Assembly: GCA_022572685.1 (NCBI GenBank) | Contig: JACZVL010000001.1 | Span: 3,914-67,913 of the forward strand | Reading direction: 5' to 3' | Source: Pseudomonadota bacterium | GTDB lineage: Bacteria > Pseudomonadota > Alphaproteobacteria > Kiloniellales > J153 | DNA: 64,000 nucleotides | In this document: positions 27,360 through 37,438 of the stretch, piece after piece | Position numbering within the stretch: the first letter of the stretch is position 1 | Layout of the letters: the number at the start of each line of letters is the position of its first letter | Notes under the pieces: model-generated | The model's input: only the letters and a program-made list of their open reading frames with translations | Databases searched by the model: none | What the model was told of the DNA's origin: nothing | Position numbers and translations under genes: made by a program

Positions 27360-28513
27360 AGATCACCGGGCTGGAGACCATCGTCATCGAGTTGCCGGGG
27401 CGCGCGTCCTACACCTGGCGCTCGCTCCAGGTGCCGATCGGGCGCTACGTGATCCTGAAGGTGACCACCGACGCGGGCATCACCGGCCTGGGCGAGGCGC
27501 CGGCGATCCTCAGCTGGGGCGGCGAGCATGGGCGCTACTTCGGCGAGGACCCGGGCATCGTCTGCTACCTGATCCGGGAGTGCTTCGCCCCCATGCTGGA
27601 GGGCGCGGACCCCTTCGCGGTCAAGAACATCCTGGCCCGGGCCGACGTGGCAATCCGCGGCTATCCCTATACCAAGGCGATGATCGAAAGCGCCTTGTTC
27701 GATATCATGGGACGCAGCCTCGGGGTGCCGGTATATCAGCTGCTCGGCGGCGCCGTGCGCAGCGAAATACCGCTGTGCCACAGCGTCGGGATCGCATCGC
27801 CCGAGTCGGCGGCGGAGGAAGCGGCCCAGGTCGTCGCCGACGGCATCAGCTGGCTTCAGATCAAGGTACCCGGCGAGCCGGCGGAGGACCTGGCGATCGT
27901 CAAGGCGATCCGCCGCGCGGTCGGCGACGGGGTCACCATCTTTCCCGACATCAACCGCGGCTACAACAGCGTCAAGACCGCGGCCAACAGCATCAAGGCG
28001 ATGCAGGCGGAGGCGGGCATCTCGGCGGTCGAGCAGCCGGTCGAGGGCGTCGACGCCATGGCGGCGGTCTGCCGCGCGGTCGAGATCCCGGTCATCGTCG
28101 ACGAGGGCTGCTGGACGCCGCAGGACGCCATCGAGGTGGTCAAGCGCGGCTCCGCGGACGTGATTTCGATCTATTTCACCAAGTCCGGCGGCCTGATCCG
28201 CGCCATGGAGATCGGCGCCATCGGGCGCGCGGCGGGGCTTCCGATCAATGTCAACGGCTCCCTGGAGGGCGGCGTCGGCAACGCTTCCAACCTGCACCTC
28301 GCCGCCGCCCTGGAGGGGACCGTCTTGCCCGGCGTGATCACCGTGAACACCCTGGAGGGCCGGGAGCAGACCAAGGTCGGCGGGGTGTTCTACACCGACG
28401 ATATCATCACCGAGCCGTTCGAATACGCCGACGGCTGCCTGAAGGTGCCGGACCGGCCGGGCCTCGGCATCGAATTGGACCCGGACAAGATCGAAAAATA
28501 CCGGGTCGGGTAA
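27356..28513 (+). CDS. Enolase-superfamily enzyme (muconate cycloisomerase/racemase-like)
   Basis: 385 aa with an ATGA overlap with hyuB. Contains LQIKVPG, FPDINRGY, AVEQP and IVDEG. Confidence 0.85.
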   Translation: MKITGLETIVIELPGRASYTWRSLQVPIGRYVILKVTTDAGITGLGEAPAILSWGGEHGRYFGEDPGIVCYLIRECFAPMLEGADPFAVKNILARADVAIRGYPYTKAMIESALFDIMGRSLGVPVYQLLGGAVRSEIPLCHSVGIASPESAAEEAAQVVADGISWLQIKVPGEPAEDLAIVKAIRRAVGDGVTIFPDINRGYNSVKTAANSIKAMQAEAGISAVEQPVEGVDAMAAVCRAVEIPVIVDEGCWTPQDAIEVVKRGSADVISIYFTKSGGLIRAMEIGAIGRAAGLPINVNGSLEGGVGNASNLHLAAALEGTVLPGVITVNTLEGREQTKVGGVFYTDDIITEPFEYADGCLKVPDRPGLGIELDPDKIEKYRVG

Positions 28514-28542
28514 ACGATGGCGCGTCCGGGGAGGAAATTGCG

Positions 28543-29481
28543 ATGCCAGTGAAACTCGGGGTCAGTTGCGGCGGCGATTTGTGGTCGCGGGAGGACATTC
28601 TCGCCACGGAGGAGTTCGGATTCGATTCGTTTTGGACCGGTGAACACATCGTCTATCACCGGCCGATCATGGAGGCGGTGACCCTGCTGTCCTACGTCGC
28701 CGGCCTGACCACCCGGATCAAGATGGGCCCCGCCACCCTGCTGCTGCCGCTGCGCCATCCGACCATGATCGCCAAACAGTTGTCCTGTCTCGACGTGCTC
28801 TCCGAGGGCCGTTTGCTCTTGACCGTCGGCGTCGGCGGTGACTATCCGCGCGAATTCGAGGGCTGCGACGTGCCGATCAAGGAACGCGGCCGCCGCACCA
28901 CCGAGGCGCTCGAGATCATGCGCAAGTACTGGAGCGGCGAGCGCTTCGACTACGACGGCAAGATCTTCCAGCTCAAGGACGTCGACATGCTGCCCCGGCC
29001 GGTTCAACCCAACGGGCCGCCGATCTGGGTATCCGGCCGCCAGGAGGGCCCGATGCGCCGGGCCGCGACTCTGGGCGACGGCTGGCACCCCTACATGTAC
29101 ACGGCCGATCGCTGCCGAGATTCCTTTTTCAAGGTCAAGGAGTTTGCGGAAGAGGCGGGCCGCACCCTGCCGCGCGATTACACCTTCGCGGTCTTCGTCT
29201 ACGTCAGCCTCCACGACGACATCGACGAAGCGCGCCGGCGCGGCGTCGCGGAGATGAGCTACCGCTACGAGCAGGATTTTACCGAGCTGGTGGAAAAATA
29301 TTGCGCCTATGGGCCGCCGGAGCGGATTGTCGACTACCTGGCGCCCTACGTGGCGGCGGGGGTCAACTACTTCATTCTGGCCCCGATCATGCCAGCCGAC
29401 GGCCGGCGCCCCCACCTCGAGCGCATCGCCGGGGAGGTCATGCCGGCACTGGAGAAGCTGGAACCGGGACGGATTCTATGA
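28543..29481 (+). CDS. LLM-class oxidoreductase (probably F420-dependent type)
   Basis: Begins MPVKLGVSCGG at ATG 28543, preceded by GGGGAGG. Contains FDSFWTGEHI and LLLTVGVGG. The track ORF start at 27238 is read-through across the upstream gene. Confidence 0.8.
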   Translation: MPVKLGVSCGGDLWSREDILATEEFGFDSFWTGEHIVYHRPIMEAVTLLSYVAGLTTRIKMGPATLLLPLRHPTMIAKQLSCLDVLSEGRLLLTVGVGGDYPREFEGCDVPIKERGRRTTEALEIMRKYWSGERFDYDGKIFQLKDVDMLPRPVQPNGPPIWVSGRQEGPMRRAATLGDGWHPYMYTADRCRDSFFKVKEFAEEAGRTLPRDYTFAVFVYVSLHDDIDEARRRGVAEMSYRYEQDFTELVEKYCAYGPPERIVDYLAPYVAAGVNYFILAPIMPADGRRPHLERIAGEVMPALEKLEPGRIL

Positions 29482-31154
29482 CCGCTGGGACCACCGGCGC
29501 CGAGGGCTGCTTGATCACCGATCGGCTGTTCGAAATCGCCGAGAAGGACTGCGACCGGGAGCTGATCGTCGATCCGGTGTTCGGGCGCTTTACTTACGGC
29601 GACATCGCCCAGCAGGTCGAGCGGCTGGCGCATGGCCTTCGCCATTACGGCATCGGACCCGGCGACCTGGTGGTCCTGCAGCTGCCGAACTGGACGCCGT
29701 TTCTGACCTTTCACCTGGCCCTGACGGCGATCGGCGCGGTCACGGTCAACATTCCGATCGTCTACCGCGAGCACGAGCTGACGCGCATCTTCGCGCTGAC
29801 CGAGGCCAAGGCCCTGGTTCTGCCGGCGCGCTTCCGCGGCCACGACTACAAGGCCATGGGCGCGGCGCTGCGGCGCGACAACGCCAGCCTGGAGCAGGTC
29901 TTTCTGGTCGGCCTCGACGCGGCGGGGGAGGCGCCGGGCCTGGTCGGCTACGAGGCGCTGATGCGCCATTCCTGGGAGAGCCAGGCCGGGGCCGCGCCGC
30001 CGTCCACGCTCGGGCCGGGCCTGGGCGACATGACCGCGATCGGCTTTACCTCCGGCACCACCGGCGACCTCAAGGGCGCGATCTTCGACACCGAGGTGCT
30101 GATCGCCACCAACAAGGGCCTGATGGATCGCTACGGCCTCAACCAGGACGACCGCGTGTTCTCCTGCTCGCCGCTCGGTCACGCGATCGGCTTCACCCAC
30201 GCCCTGCGCATGACCTTTACCATCGGCGGCAGCATCACGCTGCTCGAATACTGGGACCCGGGACCGGCGATCGAGCTGCTGCACCAGGAACGCTGCACCT
30301 ACATGGCCGCGGCGACGCCGTTCCTCATCGACACGATCAAGCACCCCGCGCTCCGGGCTTGCGGCGGGCTGCCGGCCTTGCGGGTCTTCCTCTGCGGCGG
30401 CACCTCGGTGCCCGAGCAGCTGGTGCGCGACGCCCGGGTCGCGCTGCCCGAGACCTTTACCTCGCCGCTCTGGGGCATGACCGAGTGCGGCGGCGTCACC
30501 ACCTGTCCCTTCGATGCGCCGGAGGAAAAGCTCTACACCACCGACGGACTGCCCTGCGGCGGCATGGAGCTGAAGGTGGTCGATCCCGAGGGCGACACGC
30601 TGCCCCCCGGCGCCGACGGCGAGCTCATGGCGCGGGGGCCCATGGTGACGCGCGGCTACTACCGCCAACCCGAACTGACGGCCGAATCCTACCTGGCCGA
30701 CGGCTACTTCCGGACCGGCGATCAGGCCCGCCTGGACGCGGACGGCTACGTCAAGATCACCGGCCGGATCAAGGACCTGATCATACGCGGCGGGGTCAAC
30801 ATCTCGCCGGTGGAGATCGAGAACGTGATCTTCTCCCACCCGAAAGTGCTCAACGTGGCGGTGGTCGGGATGCCCGATCCCCGGCTGGGCGAACGCTCCT
30901 GCGCCTTCATCATTCTCAAGGACGGGCCCAAGGGCGGGCCCAAGGGCGGACAGAGCCTGGATCTGGCCGAGATGCGGGACTGGATGGCGCGCGCCGGGGT
31001 CGCCAAGCCCAAGTGGCCCGAGCGCGTCGAGTTGGTGGACGAACTGCCGACCACGCCTTCGGGCAAGGTCCAGAAGTTCCGCCTGCGCCAGATCATCGCC
31101 AAGCGCATTGCGGCCGAGGAAAGCGGTCGGATAGCCAGGGACGCCGGCGGATGA
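29478..31154 (+). CDS. AMP-dependent acyl-CoA ligase (adenylate-forming enzyme)
   Basis: Start ATG 29478, an ATGA overlap. AMP-binding motifs FTSGTTGDLKGA, YFRTGDQARLDADGYVKITGRIKDLIIRGG and PTTPSGKVQKFRLR. Confidence 0.9.
   Translation: MTAGTTGAEGCLITDRLFEIAEKDCDRELIVDPVFGRFTYGDIAQQVERLAHGLRHYGIGPGDLVVLQLPNWTPFLTFHLALTAIGAVTVNIPIVYREHELTRIFALTEAKALVLPARFRGHDYKAMGAALRRDNASLEQVFLVGLDAAGEAPGLVGYEALMRHSWESQAGAAPPSTLGPGLGDMTAIGFTSGTTGDLKGAIFDTEVLIATNKGLMDRYGLNQDDRVFSCSPLGHAIGFTHALRMTFTIGGSITLLEYWDPGPAIELLHQERCTYMAAATPFLIDTIKHPALRACGGLPALRVFLCGGTSVPEQLVRDARVALPETFTSPLWGMTECGGVTTCPFDAPEEKLYTTDGLPCGGMELKVVDPEGDTLPPGADGELMARGPMVTRGYYRQPELTAESYLADGYFRTGDQARLDADGYVKITGRIKDLIIRGGVNISPVEIENVIFSHPKVLNVAVVGMPDPRLGERSCAFIILKDGPKGGPKGGQSLDLAEMRDWMARAGVAKPKWPERVELVDELPTTPSGKVQKFRLRQIIAKRIAAEESGRIARDAGG
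30924..30947. repeat. In-frame tandem duplication, 2 x 12 bp (GGGCCCAAGGGC), inside the acyl-CoA ligase gene
   Basis: Read directly. Encodes GPKG-GPKG in a C-terminal-domain loop. Confidence 0.8.
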
Positions 31155-31348
31155 CCGGGGCGGTGGTTTCCTATCCTGGATCGCCCCATCGGCGCCTTCG
31201 GAGGCGATTTTCAGTAGGCAGGTGTCGCGCTCTGATATAGAGTGGGTCTTACTATAGTTAGCACCTTATGCACTCATCGACGCACGGCCCCGGAGCCGGA
31301 TTGAAAATCACAACGATTCGGACGAACCGAAACTAAGGGAGGATCGAT

Positions 31349-32506
31349 ATGAGAACCTGGATCAAGAGCGCGAGTTTCGCTATTGCGGCCACTGCCCTGC
31401 TCGGACTTGCGGGAACCGCGGGCGCGGGCGAGACCATCAAGATCGGCGTCACCCAGCCGTTGACCGGCGCGGTCGCGGCTTCCGGCAACTACGTGGTGCA
31501 GGGCGCCAAGATCGCCGAATCGTTTGTCAACGAATCCGGCGGTGTCCTCGGACACAAGATCGAGTTGATCGTCGAGGACAACAAGAGCAATCCGAAGGAA
31601 GCGGTCGCCACCGCCGAGAAGCTGATCGTGCGCGATAAGGTGACCGTGATGATGGGCGCCTGGAGCTCGACCTATACCCTCGCGGTCATGCCCAAGCTGA
31701 TGGAATACGGCGTGCCGATGGTGGTCGAGACCTCGTCCTCGGGCAAGATCACGACCTCGGGCAACCCCTGGATCTTCCGCATCAGCCCGACCTCGGCCAT
31801 GGAGGCCCAGTCGTTCGGCACCAAGGTCGATCAATTCGACATCAAGAAGGCGGACTTCCTGGTCGTCAACAACGATTGGGGCCGCGGCGCGGCGAGCGAG
31901 TTCAAGAAGATGCTGGAGGGCAAGGGCATATCGGTCGGCGTGGTCGAGACCATGGACGCCAAGGCCCAGGACCTTTCGGCGCAACTGGCCAAGATCAAGG
32001 CTTCGGGCGGCGATACCCTGTTCGTCACCTCCGGCGTCGAGCAGATCACCCTGATACTCAAGCAGGTCAAGGAGCAACGCGTCTCGCACCGGATCATCAC
32101 CACCGGCGGTTCGTCCTCGCCGGATCAGCTGATCGCCCAGGCCGGTGCCGCGGCCGAAGGCAGCTATCACCTGCTGTTCTTCGCGCCCTGGTTCCCGGAG
32201 GCGGCGCCCAATCCGGACGTGGCGAAGAAGTTCGTCGACGAGTGGAACAAGCGCGGCCACAACTTCGCCGGGCTGACCGAGGGTTTCCGCGGCCACGACG
32301 GCATCATGACCATCGCGGCGGGCATCGAGGCGGCCGGCAAGGTCGATTCCGACGCCATCCGCCAGGCCCTCTGGGGCGTCAAGGTCGACGGCGTCAACGG
32401 CGACATCGCCTTCATCAAGCAAGGCCCGGCGGGCAAGGAGAGCGGCCAGAACGTGCCCAACGTCTATATCGTGACCATAAGGGATGGCAAGGTCGCCCTG
32501 CCATAA
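31349..32506 (+). CDS. ABC transporter substrate-binding protein, branched-chain amino acid (LivK/Peripla_BP_6) family
   Basis: 385 aa with a signal peptide (AIAATALLGLAGTAGA). Contains IKIGVTQPLTG. Followed by LivHMGF-type genes. Confidence 0.9.
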   Translation: MRTWIKSASFAIAATALLGLAGTAGAGETIKIGVTQPLTGAVAASGNYVVQGAKIAESFVNESGGVLGHKIELIVEDNKSNPKEAVATAEKLIVRDKVTVMMGAWSSTYTLAVMPKLMEYGVPMVVETSSSGKITTSGNPWIFRISPTSAMEAQSFGTKVDQFDIKKADFLVVNNDWGRGAASEFKKMLEGKGISVGVVETMDAKAQDLSAQLAKIKASGGDTLFVTSGVEQITLILKQVKEQRVSHRIITTGGSSSPDQLIAQAGAAAEGSYHLLFFAPWFPEAAPNPDVAKKFVDEWNKRGHNFAGLTEGFRGHDGIMTIAAGIEAAGKVDSDAIRQALWGVKVDGVNGDIAFIKQGPAGKESGQNVPNVYIVTIRDGKVALP

Positions 32507-32545
32507 GGCTTGGCGACCGATACCGATAACCAAACCGTCGGTCAT

Positions 32546-32580
32546 ATTCCCCGGAGGCCAAGCACCGGCTTCCGGGGAAT
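32546..32580 (+). terminator. Intercistronic stem-loop after the binding-protein gene (ATTCCCCGGA-N15-TCCGGGGAAT)
   Basis: 10-bp perfect inverted repeat read directly between 32506 and 32618. Could be an attenuator or mRNA-stabilising hairpin rather than a full terminator. Confidence 0.4.
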
Positions 32581-32617
32581 AATACCCCCTTAGGGGGCAC
32601 CCGAAGGGGGCGGCTCC

Positions 32618-33490
32618 TTGGATCAATTTCTGCAGCATCTGCTCAACGCCACCATGCTGGGCGGCACCTACGCTCTGCTCGGTATCGGCCTGACGCTGAT
32701 TTTCGGTATCATGCGGGTGGTCAACTTCACCCACGGCGAGCTCTATACCTTCGGCGCCTACATGGTGTTCTTCTTCACCATGACGCTGAGCGCCAATTTC
32801 TTCCTGGCCCTGGTGTTCGCGATGGTGCTCGGCATCGCGCTGGGTGCTGCGATCGAATTCGTCCTGCTGCGGCGGCTCCGGGGCGCCAGCATCGACACCA
32901 CCATGCTGGTCATGATCGGCGCCTGGATCGCCATGCAGAACACGGAGCAGTTGGCCTGGACCGGGGTCGCCAAGTCGGTGAACCATCCGTTTCCGATCGA
33001 CCCGCTGGTGATCGGTCCGGTTTCGGTTTCCTGGATCCGCATCTTCGTATTCTGCGTGGCGATAATGCTGATCGTCGGCACCCACCTGCTGATCCACCGC
33101 ACCCGGCTGGGCAAGGCCATGCGCTCGACCTTCCAGGACCGCGAGACGGCGGCGCTCATGGGGGTCAACATCAACGCCATCCACACCGCCACCTTCGCGC
33201 TCGGCTCCGGCCTCGCGGCCGCCGCGGGGGCGCTGCTGGGGCCGGTCTTCGTGCTGGTGCCGGGCATGGGCGACATGGCCGCGCTGAAGTCCTTCGCCAT
33301 CGTCATCCTGGGCGGGATGGGCAACTTCATGGGCGCGGCGCTGGGCGGCTTCCTGCTCGCGCTGGTCGAGGAATTGGGGGCGGGCTACATCTCGTCGGGC
33401 TACCGGGACGGCATGGGCTTCCTGATCATCATCGTGGTGCTGATCTTCAGGCCGACCGGCCTGTTCGCGCGCGCGGAGCGCATCGGATGA
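32618..33490 (+). CDS. livH: Branched-chain amino acid ABC transporter permease (LivH type)
   Basis: 290-aa polytopic protein with TTG start and an N-terminus (LLNATMLGGTYALLGIGLTLIFG) typical of LivH. Confidence 0.9.
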   Translation: MDQFLQHLLNATMLGGTYALLGIGLTLIFGIMRVVNFTHGELYTFGAYMVFFFTMTLSANFFLALVFAMVLGIALGAAIEFVLLRRLRGASIDTTMLVMIGAWIAMQNTEQLAWTGVAKSVNHPFPIDPLVIGPVSVSWIRIFVFCVAIMLIVGTHLLIHRTRLGKAMRSTFQDRETAALMGVNINAIHTATFALGSGLAAAAGALLGPVFVLVPGMGDMAALKSFAIVILGGMGNFMGAALGGFLLALVEELGAGYISSGYRDGMGFLIIIVVLIFRPTGLFARAERIG

Positions 33491-33509
33491 CCCGCCCGGA
33501 GCGCAATCG

Positions 33510-34529
33510 ATGAATCGCTGGGCGACTGGGCTGTGGGTCGGGTTCCTGTTCTCGATTCCGCTCTGGATGACCGACCAGTACTACCTGCACATTCTGATCG
33601 TTGCGGGCATCTTCATCATCGCGGCGATGAGCCTCAACCTGCTGCTCGGCTACACCGGGCAGTTGAGCCTGGGCCACGTCGCCTTCTTCGGCATCGGCGG
33701 CTACACCAGCGCGCTGGTCTCGCTCGGCTTCGACCTCGAGCTGACCGACAGCTACACCTTCGTGTTCCCGGCCCAGCCGGTCTGGATCGCCTTCCTGGCG
33801 GGCATCGTGGTCGCCGGGTTCTTCGGCTGGCTGATCGGCAAGATCTCGTTCAAGGTTCGCGGCGCCTACTTCGTCATCGTCACCATCAGCTTCGCCGAGG
33901 TCGTGCGCCTGGTCGCGCTCAACTGGATCGATTTGACCGAAGGGCCGATGGCGCTCAACAACATCCCGCCGTTCACATTGGGCGTGCCCGGGCTCTGGGA
34001 ACTCACCTTCTGGCGCAAGATTCCCAACTACTACCTGGTGCTGGTGACCTGCATCCTGTCCTACGTGGTGATCGCGCGGCTGGTCGGTTCGCGCCTGGGA
34101 CGCGCCATGATCGCGCTGCGCGAGAACGAGCCGCTGGCCGCCTCCGTCGGCGTCGACGTGACCCGCTCGCTGGTGCTCGCGGCCGTGGTCTCGGCCGCCA
34201 TCGCGGGCGCCGCCGGCGGGCTCTATACCCACTACATCCGGATCATCGACCCGGATGTGTTCCTGTTCATCTACACCGTGACCATGGTGATCATGGTGGT
34301 CACCGGCGGCAAGGGCACGCTCGCCGGGCCGATCGTCGGCGGCCTGATCTTCGGCATTCTGCCCGAGGCGCTGCGCGAGGTCGCCAGCCCCGAGATGCAG
34401 TGGGTGATCTACGGCGTGCTCATGATCTTGATCGTGTATTTCCTGCCCGATGGCATCGTGCCGGCGGTTTCGTCCTGGTGGAAGGAGCGGTTCGATGCGC
34501 CGCCGAAGACCGGGGAGGAACGCGCATGA
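33510..34529 (+). CDS. livM: Branched-chain amino acid ABC transporter permease (LivM type)
   Basis: 339 aa. Contains LNLLLGYTGQLSLGHVAFFGIGGY, typical of LivM. Confidence 0.9.
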   Translation: MNRWATGLWVGFLFSIPLWMTDQYYLHILIVAGIFIIAAMSLNLLLGYTGQLSLGHVAFFGIGGYTSALVSLGFDLELTDSYTFVFPAQPVWIAFLAGIVVAGFFGWLIGKISFKVRGAYFVIVTISFAEVVRLVALNWIDLTEGPMALNNIPPFTLGVPGLWELTFWRKIPNYYLVLVTCILSYVVIARLVGSRLGRAMIALRENEPLAASVGVDVTRSLVLAAVVSAAIAGAAGGLYTHYIRIIDPDVFLFIYTVTMVIMVVTGGKGTLAGPIVGGLIFGILPEALREVASPEMQWVIYGVLMILIVYFLPDGIVPAVSSWWKERFDAPPKTGEERA

Positions 34530-35342
34530 GCGCGGCCCCAAGGAGCCGGGAGGTGGTTCTCGACATCGACCGCCTGACGATCGGCTTCGGCGGCCTGGTC
34601 GCGCTCGCCAACGTCAGCTTCGACGTGTACGAGGGCGAGATCGCCAGCCTGATCGGCCCGAACGGCGCCGGCAAGACCACGGCGTTCAACGCCATCACCG
34701 GGTTCCTGTCGGTCAGCGGCGACTCGATCCGCTACCGGGGCAAGCGCCTGAACGGCTTGCGGCCGAACCAGATCGCCGACCTCGGCGTGGTGCGCACCTT
34801 TCAGAAGACCAGCGTCTTCGCCGCCAATACGGTGACCGACAACATCATGATCGGACTGCACCGCCACGCCGGAGCGCGCCTCTGGGAGATCCTGCTGGCC
34901 CGGCCCCGGGTGCGCGACGAGGAAAGCCGGCTCCGCGCCCAGGCCGGCGAGATCCTCGAGATGATGGGTCTTTCGGCCCACGCCGAGGAGCTGGGCGGCG
35001 CGCTGCCCTATGGCGAGCAGCGCCTGCTCGAGGTCGCCGTCGCGCTGGCGGCCAAGCCCACGCTGCTGCTTCTCGACGAACCGGTCTCGGGCATGAACCC
35101 CTCCGAGACGGCGCGTTTCATGGCCATGCTGGGCCGAATCCGCGCGGGCGGCATCACCATTCTTCTGGTCGAGCACGACATGCGCATGGTGATGGGCGTT
35201 TCCGATCGGGTCATCGTGCTCAATCAGGGCGCGATCATCGCCGAGGGGGCGCCCGAGGAGATTCAGCGCAACCCGGAAGTGATCCGCGCCTACCTGGGGC
35301 ACGGCGCGGACAAACGGCGCGCCAGCAAGCGGGAGGCCGGGC

Positions 35343-35350
<8 letters not shown>
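34526..35350 (+). CDS. livG: ABC transporter ATP-binding protein (LivG type)
   Basis: ATG 34526, an ATGA overlap with livM. Contains Walker A GPNGAGKTT, LPYGEQRLLEVAVAL and Walker B LLLLDEP. The track ORF start at 33533 is read-through. Confidence 0.9.
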
Positions 35351-36047
<697 letters not shown>

Positions 36048-36150
36048 TCGGTAGTGACTCAGTCTGGAATTATAGGGAAGTGCGCGCCCGTCACTGGGTC
36101 AGGAATATGGTTAACGACGCAATGCGGAAAGTGAGGTAAGACTGGGGAAA

Positions 36151-36179
36151 AAGAAAGTTGCCAAAGAAGCAACTTTCTT
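36151..36179 (+). terminator. Stem-loop AAGAAAGTTGC-CAAAGAA-GCAACTTTCTT downstream of livF
   Basis: 11-bp perfect stem read directly, followed by T-rich sequence (GATTTTCGTGTTTTG). Confidence 0.4.
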
Positions 36180-36369
36180 AGCATGATTTTCGTGTTTTGT
36201 CAATTCACAAAATTACTCCATATTCCAGTATAGTGTAGGCCAGTAGGTCGGAAAATTGGAGAAATATGTCTAAGGGTCCCGAGGACAGAAGCGCCCTGCC
36301 GATATTGTCGGTTGTGCCGTTGCGGTCGCCAGGATCGCGACTGGTGAGGCCGAGGAGGAGTTAGGCAAA

Positions 36370-36483
36370 GTGTCTGGCCGAAGGAAAAGCGGCAAGGTGG
36401 GCGCTGTGGCTCGCGCCGCAGTGCTGACAGCGGACCAACGAAGCGCTATCGCCAAAAAGGCAGCGGCTGCAAGATGGGGATAA
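36370..36483 (+). CDS. Possible small basic ORF (37 aa from GTG; frame open from 36274) with an ...QRSAIAKKAAAARWG tail
   Basis: Its stop (TAA 36481-36483) overlaps the ATG at 36474 of the next gene. There is no canonical start for the longer 70-codon open frame. Confidence 0.3.
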   Translation: MSGRRKSGKVGAVARAAVLTADQRSAIAKKAAAARWG

Positions 36484-37040
36484 GCGAGAATATGTTTAAA
36501 GTCAGGAAAGCAGCACAAGTCGCAGCGTATTTTGCCATGGCAGAAGGCGGAAGCATCAAGGTGCTGAAGCTGGTTAAACTGATCTATTTGGCTGATCGGG
36601 AGTTCTTGGAGCGCTATGACGCCACGATCTTGAATGACAGGTTTGTTTCGATGAATCACGGACCAGTCAATTCAACGACCTATGACTACATCAAGGGTTG
36701 TGAGGAGGATCGTGATAATTGGGAAGAATTTATCGACGACCGCACGGAGCATCGGGTCGGCTTGGCACGCGAAAATATTTCTGAGGACGATTTAGGCGAA
36801 CTCAGCGATGCTGAACTTGCGGTGCTTGCGGACGTGTGGCGGCAGTTTGGCCACATGGATGGTTTTGAGATTCGCGATTGGACTCATGATAATTGTCCAG
36901 AATGGGAAGACCCGAATGGCTCATCCCAATCAATACCATTTGCGCGGGTTCTAAGTTACTTGGGCAAATCCAATGTGCGTGAACTCGCGGCAGGAATTGA
37001 AGCAGAAAGAACTCTCGACAGACTTTTTGCGTCTGATTAA
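36474..37040 (+). CDS. DUF4065/Panacea-domain protein (SocA/GepA-like putative antitoxin)
   Basis: 188 aa. Contains ...AAYFAMAEGGSIKVLKLVKLIYLADREFLERYDATILNDRFVSMNHGPVNSTTYDYIK..., which matches my recollection of the DUF4065 pattern. An alternative start is ATG 36492 (MFKVRK...). Confidence 0.7.
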   Translation: MGISENMFKVRKAAQVAAYFAMAEGGSIKVLKLVKLIYLADREFLERYDATILNDRFVSMNHGPVNSTTYDYIKGCEEDRDNWEEFIDDRTEHRVGLARENISEDDLGELSDAELAVLADVWRQFGHMDGFEIRDWTHDNCPEWEDPNGSSQSIPFARVLSYLGKSNVRELAAGIEAERTLDRLFASD

Positions 37041-37438
37041 TGCCCTACCAGGCTGTGAAGCGGGGTACGCTTCTGATCCCGTCAGGACCAGTCATTTATC
37101 CAGATCAATTACACCTTCATGTGATTCTCACGGACTCTTGTGAGAACAATCGTCATTTGCTCGTTAACATCTCGACGATAAGAGATGGTGCATTTTATGA
37201 TCCGACATGTGTAGTTGAACCCGGGGAGCACTCCTCAGTAACCAAGCGAAGTTGGGTCGTGTATAGGCGGGCGGTGACTCTCCATGCTGACTACATTAAA
37301 AATTGCGTAGATGGATGGTCTTTCAAGCCCAAGGAAGAGGTTCCAGAAGGGTTATTTGCGCGTATTTGTGACGGTGTGGGCGCATCCAGTTTCACCCCGC
37401 GGGATATGAAGCGATATTTCGTGGCTAACAATTCTTGA
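37040..37438 (+). CDS. Hypothetical 132-aa protein, candidate cognate toxin of the Panacea-like gene (no recognisable family)
   Basis: Its ATG overlaps the upstream stop (TAATG at 37038-37042). The ORF fills the rest of the islet, and its codon usage is AT-rich like its partner's. Confidence 0.6.
   Translation: MPYQAVKRGTLLIPSGPVIYPDQLHLHVILTDSCENNRHLLVNISTIRDGAFYDPTCVVEPGEHSSVTKRSWVVYRRAVTLHADYIKNCVDGWSFKPKEEVPEGLFARICDGVGASSFTPRDMKRYFVANNS

Noticed and set aside
31274-33184. 636-aa minus-strand ORF opposite the LivK-type and LivH-type genes
   Set aside because: Antisense shadow ORF with Asp/Gly/Arg-rich composition. The plus-strand genes have a signal peptide, transmembrane and family features.
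36270-36659. 129-aa minus-strand ORF inside the low-GC islet
   Set aside because: It is antisense to the small basic ORF and the 5' part of the DUF4065 gene. It has no start context or motifs, and the plus-strand genes are overlap-coupled and better supported.
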